NCBI RefSeq assembly: GCF_963921235.1
Contig: NC_086097.1
Coordinates: 63,614,001 to 63,678,000, forward strand
Direction of reading: 5' to 3'
DNA: 64,000 bases
DNA from: Mobula hypostoma
Taxonomy: Eukaryota
Part shown: positions 1-12,440 of the stretch, one piece after another
Position numbering within the stretch: position 1 is the first letter of the stretch
How the letters are laid out: each line of letters begins with the position of its first letter
The notes under the pieces: model-generated
Told to the model about the DNA's origin: nothing
What the model saw: only the letters and a program-made list of their open reading frames with translations
The model's database searches: none
Made by a program: the position numbers and the translations under genes

Positions 1-589
1 TCTGGCACTCCTTCCAACCATAATGAAAGAATATCACACTTAAAAAGAAGTTTCAAGACAGGTTGGAAATAGTAAGATAATTAAAGTTGGAGCAATGGCA
101 GATTGCTGTTACTCCATCAGCCACCACCAGGAAATCTCATCATTCATTTTTAGCAATAATTAATTTCACATCTCCTCTCAGTGTTTGCTGTAATTACAAT
201 TATGGCAAGCTGTCAAAATCAAATCGTACTAGAAAGATTGTTCCATATACAATCACAGTATTAAATAATCGGCTCAAGCATAATTAAATAAACTGTCTCC
301 TTTGCATGCAAAATTGTTTCAAAAGGTACCATGATGCAACCCCAGCAAAATGTTACTAATAATTCATTTACACTATTCCAGAGTTTTGACCCAATACATG
401 GATGATTCCTTTCCCCCTTCAGGTGCTGCTCTATCTACTCAGTTCCTTCAGCAGTTTATTTGTTACAGCCTTTCCTTCTTTTGTTGCTGATATTTCTTTC
501 TTCTCATTTATTGTGTAATATCAAAATAATCATGAATATTGCATCATAAGAGCCATTTTGCATGGAAACAGGCTCTTCATCTCAACTGG

Positions 590-1372
590 CCCATCTCAGG
601 AAGAATGAGACTAGTGCAAGAGAACTTGCTCCTGCCTCCACTGTGGTGATCTAGAGCATTTCCAAGCATCGTGCCCCAAGCGCCCAGTAAAAGAGGATAT
701 CCATCAGCAGGAAGGGGAATCAGACAGGTTGATTCTCTCTACAAGCATCTTCCCCTTATCATGTAATGCTTCCAGCTTACTTGTCATGGGGGTCCCAGAC
801 CCATGAGATTCAGGTATTTATTGACTCCAGCACAGCCGGAAACCTCAGGGATATCTGATGGAAAGTTCTGACTTGACAATTGAAATAGAATATCAATGTC
901 AAGGCTCTGGAAAGTTAGCCTCTGGGCACCAGCAAGATTCTCCTTTCCAAAGAACCCCTCCAATTCATGCCAGAAGGCGACCCTTCTATCTTGTTGACTC
1001 ACCTGAACTGCAGTTAATTCTTGGCCTTCCCTGCCTATCTCGGCACAACCCATGGACCAACTGGTCTCTAACAGCACTCCAACAGTTGTGATTAGCACGC
1101 CTGTCTACCTGTCTGGGTCCAGCTCAAGCTACTGCCAGCATATCCCCTCCTATGCCAACTGCTAATGTGGACCTGTCTGGTCTTCCAGCTTACTTGAGAT
1201 TGCCCACTTCACTCTCCCCAAGCTCCTATCAGCTCATGAGACCATCATCCTCATGGTTCAGCATATGTTCAGGCTGCATGGCTTCCTTCTGATTAAGCAC
1301 CACAGTTCAGGTCCCACTTTTGGAGGGCTTGCTGTTCTCTTTTGGGAGCCACAATCAGCCTCTCATCAGGTT
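590..1372 (+). mobile_element. Heavily decayed Ty3/Gypsy (Sushi/chromovirus-like) internal fragments: Gag zinc knuckle, protease region, integrase piece
   Basis: CLHCGDLEHFQASCP knuckle near 634-675; FYLVDSPELQLILGLPCLSRHNP in ORF 858-1091; integrase-like RLHGFL...FW...LLGATISLSSG near 1270-1370; many stops and frameshifts. Confidence 0.65.
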
Positions 1373-1373
1373 A

Positions 1374-1600
1374 GGGTCACTGTAGTGTAGTGGTTAGCAC
1401 ATTGCTTTACATCCCCAGCAGCACGGGTTTAATTCCCACTGCTGTTTGTAAGGAGTTTGTACGTTCTCCCCGTGACCATGTGGGTTTCCTCCAAGTGCTC
1501 TGGTTTCCTCCCACAGCCCAAAGACATACCAGCTGGGAGGATAATTTGCCATTCTAAATTGTACCATTTCATTTTAAATTACTTTCTGACTGTGGATTGG
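1374..1600 (+). mobile_element. tRNA-derived V-SINE (HE1-like)
   Basis: tRNA-like head (GTAGTGTAGTGGTTAGCAC...GGGTTTAATTCCC) followed by the V-domain GGAGTTTGTACGTTCTCCCCGTGACCATGTGGGTTTCCTCC. Confidence 0.8.
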
Positions 1601-2324
1601 ATTGGATTGCATTTGACTCTGAAATCGCAAAGAAAAAAAACTGCCCGCTGGGAAAACTATTTCCCAAGACTAAACAATGGAAACATGCTGCATTAGAATT
1701 TGTAGGCCAGATGCTTTGGCACATGCTCGTAACCCAGGTGCTGGGAAGCTATTATTACTGAATTTGATATATAGTTGAGATCTGCAATTTGCCTATATCA
1801 AAGACTGATATTCCTCAAGCTTACTTGCAACAACATAGGAGTCCGAATAATGAATAACAAAAGAGGATTAGAATTGAGCATTAAATTTAACAGACAAACA
1901 GAGGCTCAAGGTCACACTTATGGAACATTAGTCACCTTTAACGTTTCTGGGTGGCTATCCTTGCCCAACATTACCTATCACTCAATAAAGACTTTCATCA
2001 ATACCTCCCAACTCCAGCCCACTCCATTCTTCCTCAATAATGGAAATCTGCCTCACTGTGGACCTCATGCATCTTAAGAGTGAAAACTGAATGAAGTAGG
2101 AGGAACTAAAGAACACGCTGACTCAGTCGTCAGCACTGAACAATATCCTGCCATATTGAAGTGGCTGCTTCTCACCATACAATTTTAAGTGATTCAATTG
2201 TTTCTGCATTTTTTCTCAGAGTATCAACTTATTCTTTATGAGAGCTGATATTATTTTCTATCCAATGTGAATTTGTTAGTTGATGCCTGCAAACAGGTGT
2301 TGAACCAATGTGAGGAGAAGAAGA

Positions 2325-4920
2325 GAGAAGATTGAAGAGGGTGCAGAGCAGGTTTACCAGGAATTGGCCTGGAGTTGAATGCATGTGCTACAGGGGGATA
2401 ACTGGCCAAATGTAAGTTGTTTTCTTTGGAGCAGTGGAGTCTGAGGGGAGACCTAATAGTGGTTTATAAGATTATGAGTGGCATAGATAGACAGATGAAA
2501 TCTTTTTCCCTGGGGTTGAAATATTTAATACTAGAGATCATGCAATTAAGGTGAGAGGGGATAAGTTCAAAGGAGGTGTGCAGGACATGTTTTTACACAG
2601 AGAGTGCTGGGAGACTGAAATGCACGCACAGAGGGTGCTAATATGAGAGAGGTGTTTAAGAGACTCTTAGATAAGCACATGAATATACAGGGATGGATGC
2701 AGAAGGGATTTGCTTAGTTAGGCGTTTAATTACTAGTTTAATTAGTTTGGCACAATATCGTGGGCTGAAGGTCCTGTCCTGTGTGGTAATGTTCAATGTT
2801 CAATGACTTAATTATCTACTAATTCCCTTATTCACTTTACAATGGTAACTAATAAACATTCTACACTGCCTGTAATAGCATTTCAGAAAAAAATAAACAA
2901 TTAAGAGAAGTAACATCTCTAAAGGATGTAAGCCTATAAAGTAATTTTGTTTTCCTAATGCTCATACACCCACTTCTTCAGCAATAAACGGTGCAGAATC
3001 ACAGTCTTTTCCCAGAGCAGGGGTATCTAAAACTAGATGGCATAGGTTCAAGATGAGAGCGGAAAGATTTAAAAAGGATCTGAGGGCAACTTTTTCACCG
3101 TGAGGGTGGTGGGTACAATTAAAATATTTAAAAGACATTTAGACAGTTATCTGGATAAGAAAGGTTTAGAGGAATATGTGCCAAACTTGGGGAGATGGGA
3201 CTGTATGACCATTAAACATGGATGCAGAATTAACCCACTCAGCCTACTCTGCCATTTGATCATGGCTATTTACTTTTCCTCTCAAACCCATTCTCCTGTC
3301 TTCTCCTTGTAACTTTTGATGATCAAGAACCTATCAACCTCTGCTATAAATATACCCCGATGATTTGGCCTCCGCAGCTACTTGTGGCAATGAATTCCAC
3401 AGATTCATTGCCTTCTGCTAAGGAAATCTCTCCTCATCTCTGTTCTAAAGGGGTGCCCCTGTATTCTTATGCTGTGCCCTCTTGTCCTAGTATTTCCTAT
3501 TTGAAACATCCTCTGCACATCCACTCAATCTAGGCCCATATGAAGTAGTGACTTTAGTCAGCAGGCCAAGTTGAGCAAGAGGGCCTGTTTCCATGCTATA
3601 TAGCTAGCTGTATGACTCTTTGAGTCTAATCTGTTCTGCAAACTTCACATCAACCACACTGCTTACTAGATATTCACCAGACATTTTTGGGCATTTGACA
3701 AATGAATCACCAGCAATGCCTTTCAGAGGAAGTTCACCTACGATTTCCAGAGTCTACCAATATTAGAGGGCTAGACCCACTTACACAAATTCTTATCTTT
3801 GTCAAATAAAGCATGCTGGTCATCATAGACAGGAGCAGAGGGGTACACTGGAAAAAATGCTGTGCAAGACTTCTTCATTTGTTAAGCTGACTTTCTCATC
3901 CGGATTCAATTTCTCATAAAAAAGTGCATTCACCAGCCCTGTTTCCACAACAGAATCTATTCCTGTCTCTTTCTATAATTTGCTTTGCAGAGAAGTTGTG
4001 AGCCCTTGCACCACCTCATGAAGAGTAGTCAGCATTACTGAAAGTGAGCTCTCTTTCAGTCCGACCTATACAGCCACTGACTCAGGTTTTGGCACCAGCT
4101 ATACAGAGCATGAGCTTATGAATGGTTAATCCTTAGGGCCAGGGCATGGAAATAAAATGTAGAAAGTTCCCTGGAAGGCAACGCTGTATTCATTCTCCGC
4201 TGCTGAGCGTGTTCTGCTGAGGTCACACTACCAAGAATGACGATGGGCAGATCCAGCAAAATGTTGGGCAGGCTTCTTGGAAGCTTGCATGTAATGTTGC
4301 AATGCATGGTGGAATAAAGACAGAAAAGGAAAAGGAGCAGGACTAAACCATTCAGTGTTCAAGCTTGCTTTGCCATTCATCAAGATCATGGCTAATCTTC
4401 CAAGCAAATGCCATTTTCCACCACTATGCCTATATCCCTTGATTTCCTCGATATCTCAAAAATCAGCTTCAGTTTTGAATGAAATCTGAGATGAAGCCTC
4501 CAGAGCCTCTCGGGTACAGAATTACAAAAATTCACTATACTCTACATGAAGAAATTCTCCTCATTTCAGACATAAATTACCAAACCATTATTCGTGGTTC
4601 TGAGCTCCTCAGCCAAGAGAAACATTCTGCCTTTATATTCTGTGAGAAATTTTGAAGTATCAGTGAGAACTCATCTCATTACTATGAACTCTGGAGAATG
4701 CGGAACAAATCTTCTCAATCCTACCTCATAACACAAGCCCATCAGTGCTTTCCTACTGTGGCAAGTACATCCCTTTTAATTAAGGTGACTGAAACTGTTC
4801 ACAATACTCCTTGTGCATTCTCACCAAGGCCCTGTTCAAATGCAATAAAATATCTTTAATCCTGCACTTAACTCCTCTTAAGGTATGGGCTAACAAACCA
4901 TTTGCCTTCGAGAAATAGTT
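2325..4920. mobile_element. Cluster of old CR1 LINE 3' fragments in both orientations (about 2325-2800 +, 3000-3200 +, 3200-3540 -, 4340-4920 -)
   Basis: Degenerate similarity to the CR1 RT C-terminus and 3' UTR of younger copies in this window, e.g. LVRMHKEYCEQFQSP in ORF 4780-5028 and GGGCTGAAGGTCCTGT 3' stem. Confidence 0.7.
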
Positions 4921-5057
4921 GGTCAGGGCCTCAATGCACAGAGTATAACATTTAGAACTAAGATCAAAAGAAATTAATTCACCCCGAAGGCTTCTGCCAT
5001 TAAAAAAAAGTATTGGAGACCAAAGCAATAAATATTTTTGAGTTGGGGGAAGATATG

Positions 5058-5738
5058 CACTGTGGCCACTTTATTAGGTACATCCATAAACCTGCTCATT
5101 AATGTAAATATCTAATCAGCCAATCACATGGCAGCAACTCAATGCGAAAAAGCATGCAGACATCGTCAAGAGGTTCAGTTAAGTAACACACACAAAATGC
5201 TGGAGGAAATCAGTAGTCCAGGCAGCATCCATGGAAAAGAGTAAACAGTCGAAGTTTTGGGTGAAGACTCTTCATGAAGACTCAGTTGTTGTTCAGAGTA
5301 AGCATCCAAATGGAGAAGAAATGTTATCTAAGTGACTTTGACCATGTAATGATTGTTGATGCCAGACTAGTGGTTTGAGTATCTCAGAAACTGCTGACCA
5401 TCTGGGATTTTCACACACAACAGTCTCTAGATTTACACAAAATGGTGTGAGAAACAAAAAAATCTAGTCAGTGGAAGTTCTGTGGGTGAATCACCTTGTT
5501 AATGAGAAAGGTCAGAGGAGAAATTCCAGACTGGTTCAAGCTGACAGGAAGGTGACAGTAACTCAAGTAACCATGCGTTATAACAATGGTGTGCAAAAGA
5601 GCATCTCAAGATGCACAGCACATTGACCACGTTCAATAGTTGATGTGGATGGGCTACAGCAGCAGAAGACCACACGACATGCACTCAGTGGCCACTGCAC
5701 TAGGTACAGGGCATACCTAGTGAAATGGCCTCTGAGTG
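5058..5738 (+). mobile_element. Non-autonomous Tc1/mariner element with a decayed transposase HTH region, interrupted by a Penelope terminal fragment (about 5182-5281)
   Basis: TIRs CACT(CA)GTGGCCACTTTATTAGGTAC at the left and TACCTAGTGAAATGGCCTCTGAGTG at the right; internal frames read MEKKCYLSDFDHVMIVDAR...RLVQADRKVTVTQVT...MGYSSRRP, a Tc1 N-terminus. Confidence 0.8.
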
Positions 5739-5903
5739 TGTATTTTTAATGGCAAGGAATCTAGGTTCACAGAGAGACAGTAAGACTAAGGACCAAGGAA
5801 TGAATAATCATGATTTTATTGAATCATGGAGATCTGTTTATTCCCACCCTTTGCTCTCTATACTGTAACAAATTCTCAATCTATGTCACTGTGTAATATT
5901 TTA

Positions 5904-6499
5904 TGAAACCCCTTGGTTTCCTTGGCTGCGTAAGTCTCGGGAAGACAACCGCCGACCTGCCAAACTCATGAGATTGAGGTGCTCTCCCACCCCAACCTCC
6001 CGTTTGTGTGGATGCTGTGTCATTTGCTACCCTGTTACAAACTAGTGCCACAAAATAACAGACAGTACACTGCATACAACTAAAGTAATCATATTTATAA
6101 ATATTAATTTAACTAAAGGGTTAGTAAAGAATAACAAAAAGAAAAGGGCTCATTCTAATTAAACAGTTAAATGTGCACAAGGTGGAGCTCAGCTTAAACT
6201 TCTTTATCACTCACAAGCTCACAGCACCTTCCAAATGTCGCTCGCAATCCTTCTCGAACATATACTACGACTGGTTCTCTCCGGTGTCTTCACTCTTCAC
6301 ACCCCACTGAACAAAAGCCCAAGACCAACCTTACTGACCTGCACCAAGAAAACCTCCCGCTAATTGGATGGCACACATTCACCATCATCCCTTATTTTCA
6401 ACAAATAGCCCAAACAAGCTGAAAACAAGCTGCTCTTACAGAACTGCCAAAATGAAATACATACAGCATAACAGTAAAAATATGAACCCGGGCATTACA
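5904..6499. mobile_element. Solo LTR (596 bp)
   Basis: TG...CA ends, 4-bp TSD TTTA (5900-5903 and 6500-6503); shares blocks (GTTTGTGTGGATGCTGTGT, AAATAACAGACA) with the solo LTR at 62094-62591. Confidence 0.75.
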
Positions 6500-7441
6500 T
6501 TTACATTTGCTATACTCAAATCCATGGGAACAATTCCAGAATTTACAATGTATCTGAAGATGTTAACTGGATTGTTGACTATCTACATAGCCGTCATTAC
6601 TGGTAAAATAGAGAAAGTGTATTAATATGAATTTTGTTGGAGTGTAGGTATTCTTAATGAACTAAGAGCAAGACCCATACGGTTAGACTGAACGCCAAAA
6701 AGATGGAGGTACTGAAAACAGAGATGCAAGGGTAGCAAATAAAAGTTGTATTGGGGATGAAGTCATTTGCCTGAAATGCTCTTCAATGGACCGTTTCAGA
6801 GCTCTGACAGCCAATGCTTTTAATAAAATCCAGTGGTTTGCTCTTCTCATCCAAGTTACTCTGATGCTAGAATCAAACCGATGTCTATCTTGCTTGTTAT
6901 TTCTTCAAAGATTTGTCAGGCAAGATTTTCCCCTGAGGAAACTATGCTGACTATAGCCTATTTTATCATGTGCCTCCAAACACCTCATCCTTAATAATCA
7001 AATCTAACATTTTCCCAACCACTGAGGTCAGACTAATTGGCCTATAGTTTCCTTTATTCTGCTTCTTGAAGAGCGGAGTGACATTTGCAGTTTTCTAGTC
7101 ATCCAGAACCATTCCAGAATCTAGTGATTTTTGAAAGATCATTACTAACACTCCACGATCTCTTCACCCACCTCTTTCAGAACTCTTCTCTCTAGTTATG
7201 GTAATTTCACGCACTTCATGAGCCGTGACACCTGGAACTTCCAACATACTGCTTGTGTCTTCCACAGTGATGAATGACGCAAAATACTTATTCAGTTTGT
7301 CTGTCTTTTCGTTGTCCCCCATTACTACCTCTCCAACACCGTTACGTTCAATGTTGATATATTTGCTTTACGCCCATAGCATATTGTATGTATTCATTAT
7401 AATAAAGTAATTGTATTTTAAGGAGTATTTGTGATAGCAAA

Positions 7442-7828
7442 ATGTCTCACCAATGTTGCAACAGCCACAATACTTTCGGTTACATTTGTGGTGAGTATAC
7501 GCACAAATCTCAAAGACAGAGTATGACTCCTCTTATTAAGAAAGCCTATGAGCTCTACTTCAGATGTAAACTTGGTGACCAGAACATGGTTTGGGCTCCT
7601 CACATCTGTTACACAACATACCCTATCGATCTTAGGGCTTGGCTCAGAGATACTCGGAAATCTATTGATTCAATGATATGGCAAGAGCAGAAGGATCATG
7701 TGACAGATTGCTATTACTGTCTGACCAGCGTGTCTGGTTTCTCTGCTAAAAACAAGCAATCTATTGAACACCCCAATCTCCCTTCAGCCATGAGACGTGT
7801 GTCGCATGACGATAGTCTCCAGTACTGA
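7442..7828 (+). mobile_element. Chapaev3 (CMC superfamily) transposase N-terminal fragment
   Basis: CCNSHNTFGYICGEY...AYELYFRCKLGDQNMVWAPHIC...MIWQEQKDHVTDCYYC...HPNLPSAMRRVSH matches the Cys-rich Chapaev3 transposase N-terminus as I recall it. Confidence 0.75.
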
Positions 7829-8879
7829 AGCCACCAGAGACATGGAGTCTAGAGGAGGCGGACAAAGATGCCATGATGCAAAGCCAGGAATGGAAAATGA
7901 CACAGATACTGAGATCTGTTAAAGAGTTTGACAGGCTAGATGCAGAAAGTATGGTTTTCCTGACAAAGGAGTGTAGCACCAGGGAGAACAATTTGAGAAT
8001 AAAGGTTAGAATCTGATCAGAAGTCGTTTCTTCTGTCAGAAGGTGCTGAACCTTTGGAATTCTCTGGAGGCCTATGGTGGCTCGGCCATTGGGTTCTATC
8101 TAAACAGAGAGTAGTAGATATTTCTGGAATTTGGGAGATATAGGGAGATATATATAGTAATGAAAAATGCTGCTGAGTCAAAGACTTTGACAGATGAGAG
8201 AGCAGGCTCGAAGAGCCCAAAAATGAAAGTACTTGAAATATTCAGTGGGCCTTGCAGTATCAGTGGAATAAGCTCTTGCGAAACAAAATGCCTTTGACCC
8301 GAAACATTAATTCTGTTTCTCTTTATGCAAATGTTGCCTGATATTTTCTGCTTTCACTTATGATTTCCAGGCAGGAAGGGTGAAATGGACTACTCCTGCT
8401 TCTATTTCAGTTAACAGGATCACCAATTTGGACTTGAGGGTGTAGCAAGAGGAAGCCTCTTATACGGAGACCAGTATTTATGAACAGCCGGCTTCCTCTC
8501 CAGCAACGTATAATAAATAAAGCAGTAAGTGAGTAACATTCTACTTGAGGTGAGAATAACACAAAGTATGATTGACAAGTAATGATGGTGGAAAATACCC
8601 AAAATAAACAATAAAAATCTGACCTCTCAAAAGAGGAAAATGACAAACTGCCTGGTTAAAAAGTCAACAACAGAACACAAATCTCAGAGTCACTCTGTAG
8701 TGACCAAGATACAGCTTACATGATTACTGACAAAGAAATAATTAGTTTCTTCAAGCTAATTTGGCATTTTCCACTAACATTCTCTTTTCTTTAGGAATCT
8801 ACATTATCCCTTTATCTTCACATTCCATTCAGATATCCACACAATCTGGGAAATATTGACTAAATCAAGCAAGGATCAC

Positions 8880-10575
8880 AGAATTTAATGTAAGCTGTCA
8901 ACATGAATGAAAATATAAGGCTGATTCAATGAAACAGGTAAGACTTTCACAATGAATAGCAGGACCCGGGGAACTGTAGCAGAGGGAACTTGAAGTATAA
9001 GTATATGTTTACCAAAATTGGAGTTACGTATAGACAGGGTAATGAAGAAAGCTTTTTGCATAATGGCCTTCATAAGTCATACCATTAAATATAAAGTTGG
9101 GAGGTCATGATGCAATTGTGCAGAAGGTGGGTCAAACCACACTTGCACTATTGTGTTTAGTTATGATCACCCTGCTATAGGAAAGATGTTATAAAACTGG
9201 TAGGTGCATAGAAAATATTTACAAGAGTGTTGCCAAGATTTGCATACTGAGTTATAGGGAGAGGTTGAGATCGTTAAGAACACCAAATTTCTTGGTGTTC
9301 ACCTGGTGGAGAATCTCATCTGGTCCCTCAACACCAGCTCCATAGCAAAGAAAGCCCAGCAGCGTCTCTACTTTCTGCAAAGGCTGAGAAAAGTCCATCT
9401 CCCACCCCCCATCCTCAACACATTCTACAGAGGTTGTATTGAGAGCATCCTGAGCAGCTGCATCACGGCCTGGTTCGGAAATTGCACCATCTTGGATTGC
9501 AAGACCCTGCAGCAGATAATGAGGTCAGCTGAGATCATCGGGGTCTCTCTTCCTGTCATTACAGACATATACACCACACGCTGCACCCACAAAGCTAACA
9601 GTATTGTGAAGGACCCCATGCACCTTTCATACAAACTCTTCTCCCTCCTGCCATCTGGCAAAAGGTACCAAAGCATTCGGGCTCTCACGACCAGACTGTG
9701 CAAAAGTTTCTTCCCCCAAGCCATCAGACTCCTCAATACTCAGAGTCTAGACTGACATCAACATCATTTATTATTATATTGTAATTTGTCCTCTACTGTG
9801 CCTATTGTCTTGTTGATTAATTATTGTACTGCCCTGCACTGGTTTGTGCACTTTACGTAGTCCTGTGCAGGTCTGTAGTCTAGTGCAGTTTACCTGTTCC
9901 TAGAGATGCTGCCTGGCCTGCTGCGTTCACCAGCAACTTTGATGTGTGTTGCTTGAATTTCCAGCATCTGCAGAATTCCTGTTGTTTGCAGTTTTTATGT
10001 TGTTTTACATAGTCTGGTGTAGCCTTGTGCTGTCTCACATAGTTTAGTGTAGTTTTGTGTTGTTTCATGTAGCACAGGGTCCTGGAGGAACATTGTTTTG
10101 TTTTTACTGTGTATTGTACCAGCAGTTTATGGTCGAAATGACAACAAACTTGATTTGACTTGACGGTGGATATTCTAGCACTTTATTCCTTAAAGCGTAG
10201 CAGACTGAAAGGTGATCTTATAATACTGAGAGGCATCGACAGGGTGAATGCAGTCAGTTTTATTCCCAGGGAATCAAGAACTAGAGAACATATATCTAAG
10301 GTGAGTAGAGAAAGATTTAACAGGAATTTATGGGGCAAATTTCTTTTACACAAAGGGTAGCATCTATGTGGAAATAAGCTGCCAAAGGAAGTGGTTGAGA
10401 TAGATACAATAATAACTTTTAAAAAACAGTTGGACTGGTGCATGTATTGAAAGGGTTTAGAAGGTTATGGGCCAAGTGCTGTCAAATGGGACTAGCCTGG
10501 ATGGAGCATCACGGTCAGCATGGACCAGTTGGACTGAACGGCCTGTTTCAATGCCAGATAACTCAATTACTCTAT
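8880..10575 (+). mobile_element. Old CR1 3' fragment interrupted by a Rex1/Babar LINE 3' end (about 9271-10163), which itself holds a Penelope terminal fragment (9892-9986)
   Basis: ORF 9306-9755 [15 protein letters not shown]...[19 protein letters not shown] is the Rex1/Babar C-terminus; TGCAGTTT TSD at 9884-9891 and 9987-9994; CR1 sequence resumes after the insert. Confidence 0.8.
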
Positions 10576-12440
10576 AAAATATGAACCTACCACTGAAGCA
10601 TTTAAATCTTCATAAACTTTAGAAAGAATTCACATAATCTCATTATTACAAGACAATAGAAGTGGAGAGAAAGATTGCATATCATTCAATACAATTCACT
10701 CATTTCAAATTGATCACTGTTTTCACAATGGAGATAAAACACACAGCATACTTCAACATTTTAATACTTCAATACGTATTTACTTCAATATCCTCATATC
10801 TACAATTAACATTTGCAATCGAAAGTATTGCTTCATTTGACATGCAATGTCTTCCACCTCAATATCTTAGTAACCCATGGTAATTGAAGATTAAGCACTT
10901 CCTTGCGATATGACAATAAATAATTGGGCATGTTGCATGAATGAGATAATTACCTTAATTTCTGTAGGGAACCCTGAATAATTTATCCTAAGTAAGCAGT
11001 ATCAGAGAACCTTCAAGTGCAACATTTCTTGAAGAAACGTTAAGAAATGTAAAGGTTTTTTCTCTTTGTAATCATTGAAGTTCTGTTTCAGCACAGAATA
11101 GAACACAGAACACAGAACACAGCACAGAAATCCACATTTATTTTCTCCATTGATTTCAATGTGATTAAAAATAAATAGACTATCTGTTTACAGTGAAACA
11201 TTAGATTTTAAAAGCATAGCTAACAATTTTAATGGAGGATGGTATTTCCAACAGCTACATTCAAATATCTGTATAGGAAAGTGTTCAAGCGATCATGTGA
11301 ATGAACAAATAAAAGCAATCTATATGTTGTCTCGTCTGTCAGTATAAAGTGATTAATATTACTTTGGATGGATGTGCTGAGACTGAAATTAAATTAGAAA
11401 TGAGCTCCCCATCAAATCAGCTCATGACTTTAATACAAACTTATCTAGTACAGCTTTGTATCTTGCCACGTGAGATTTTACAACCTAGAAATCATTTCTC
11501 AGCAAAAACAGAGTGATGTACTTACAGGGCAGTCTTTCCATGGTACAGATTTAGGGAGGATGTATACTCTTTTTTCATATTTGCAGTATAAACAAAATCA
11601 CACAAATATGACCAAATAAATGGATTATTCTCAATGCCTAATCGGTGCCAGTGAAAGTAGGCTTTAAATGGAGAACTTCATCCATCTAGTTCATTTTTAA
11701 TGCAATTAACATCTACATTATTTTTAATTAGAATTCTTTGGGGAAGACCTTGCTGTAAAATTTGTACTGGGAATGCAATGCACAATTAACTCATGCAATT
11801 GACCTGATCAAAAAAGAAATGTTCCCTCTTCATCAACACGATTACAGAATGTGTCAGTGTTTGCTTATTATTTTAAGGCTTATGCACAGGCCAAACTAAA
11901 CGACTAGCATTAGATGAAGCAAACTGGTGCTGACCAAAGATAGTCTTGAGATGTTTGGATTGCAGTTACTAAATTTTTAGGTGCTTGGAGGAAATCAAAG
12001 CAAAACTGGACACCCTGATGAGGAGAGCATGAGCAAACCAATTTACCCTCTGGGAAACCCAGCAATCTGATAGTCAAGTGCTCTTTAGAGTGTATGGCCA
12101 TTAAGCTAATGATATAGTGGAGTACCACAGCTTTACTGACTTCATACAGTGCAGTGAAGGTAAATCATTCCAGCATCAAATTTCAGTTCCTAGCAAATTA
12201 CCATAAACCTCATCTTTCTCCAAAGCTGGACACCTCATCATCAAGCAATATTTTTTATCAATTGAGATTTCAACGTAAACTATGCCATGCCCCTTTACAC
12301 TTACCAATACTTCAGGACTTAAAACTATTACACAGTTACCACATGTGAGCAGTTTCACCGTCGTGACAGCCACATCACCGAACACATTCTAAAACATACA
12401 CTAGAAGAGTCTTCTCACTCCCGTAGAAAAAGACACAGAA

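Noticed and set aside
8795..8889. Strong acceptor with CACTAAC branch point and a GTAAGC donor
   Set aside because: All three frames contain stops and the 3' part runs into CR1 RT remnants
11343..11690. Short open frames with possible splice signals on both strands
   Set aside because: Splice sites are weak or unpaired and the peptides are unrecognisable, consistent with chance in AT-rich DNA
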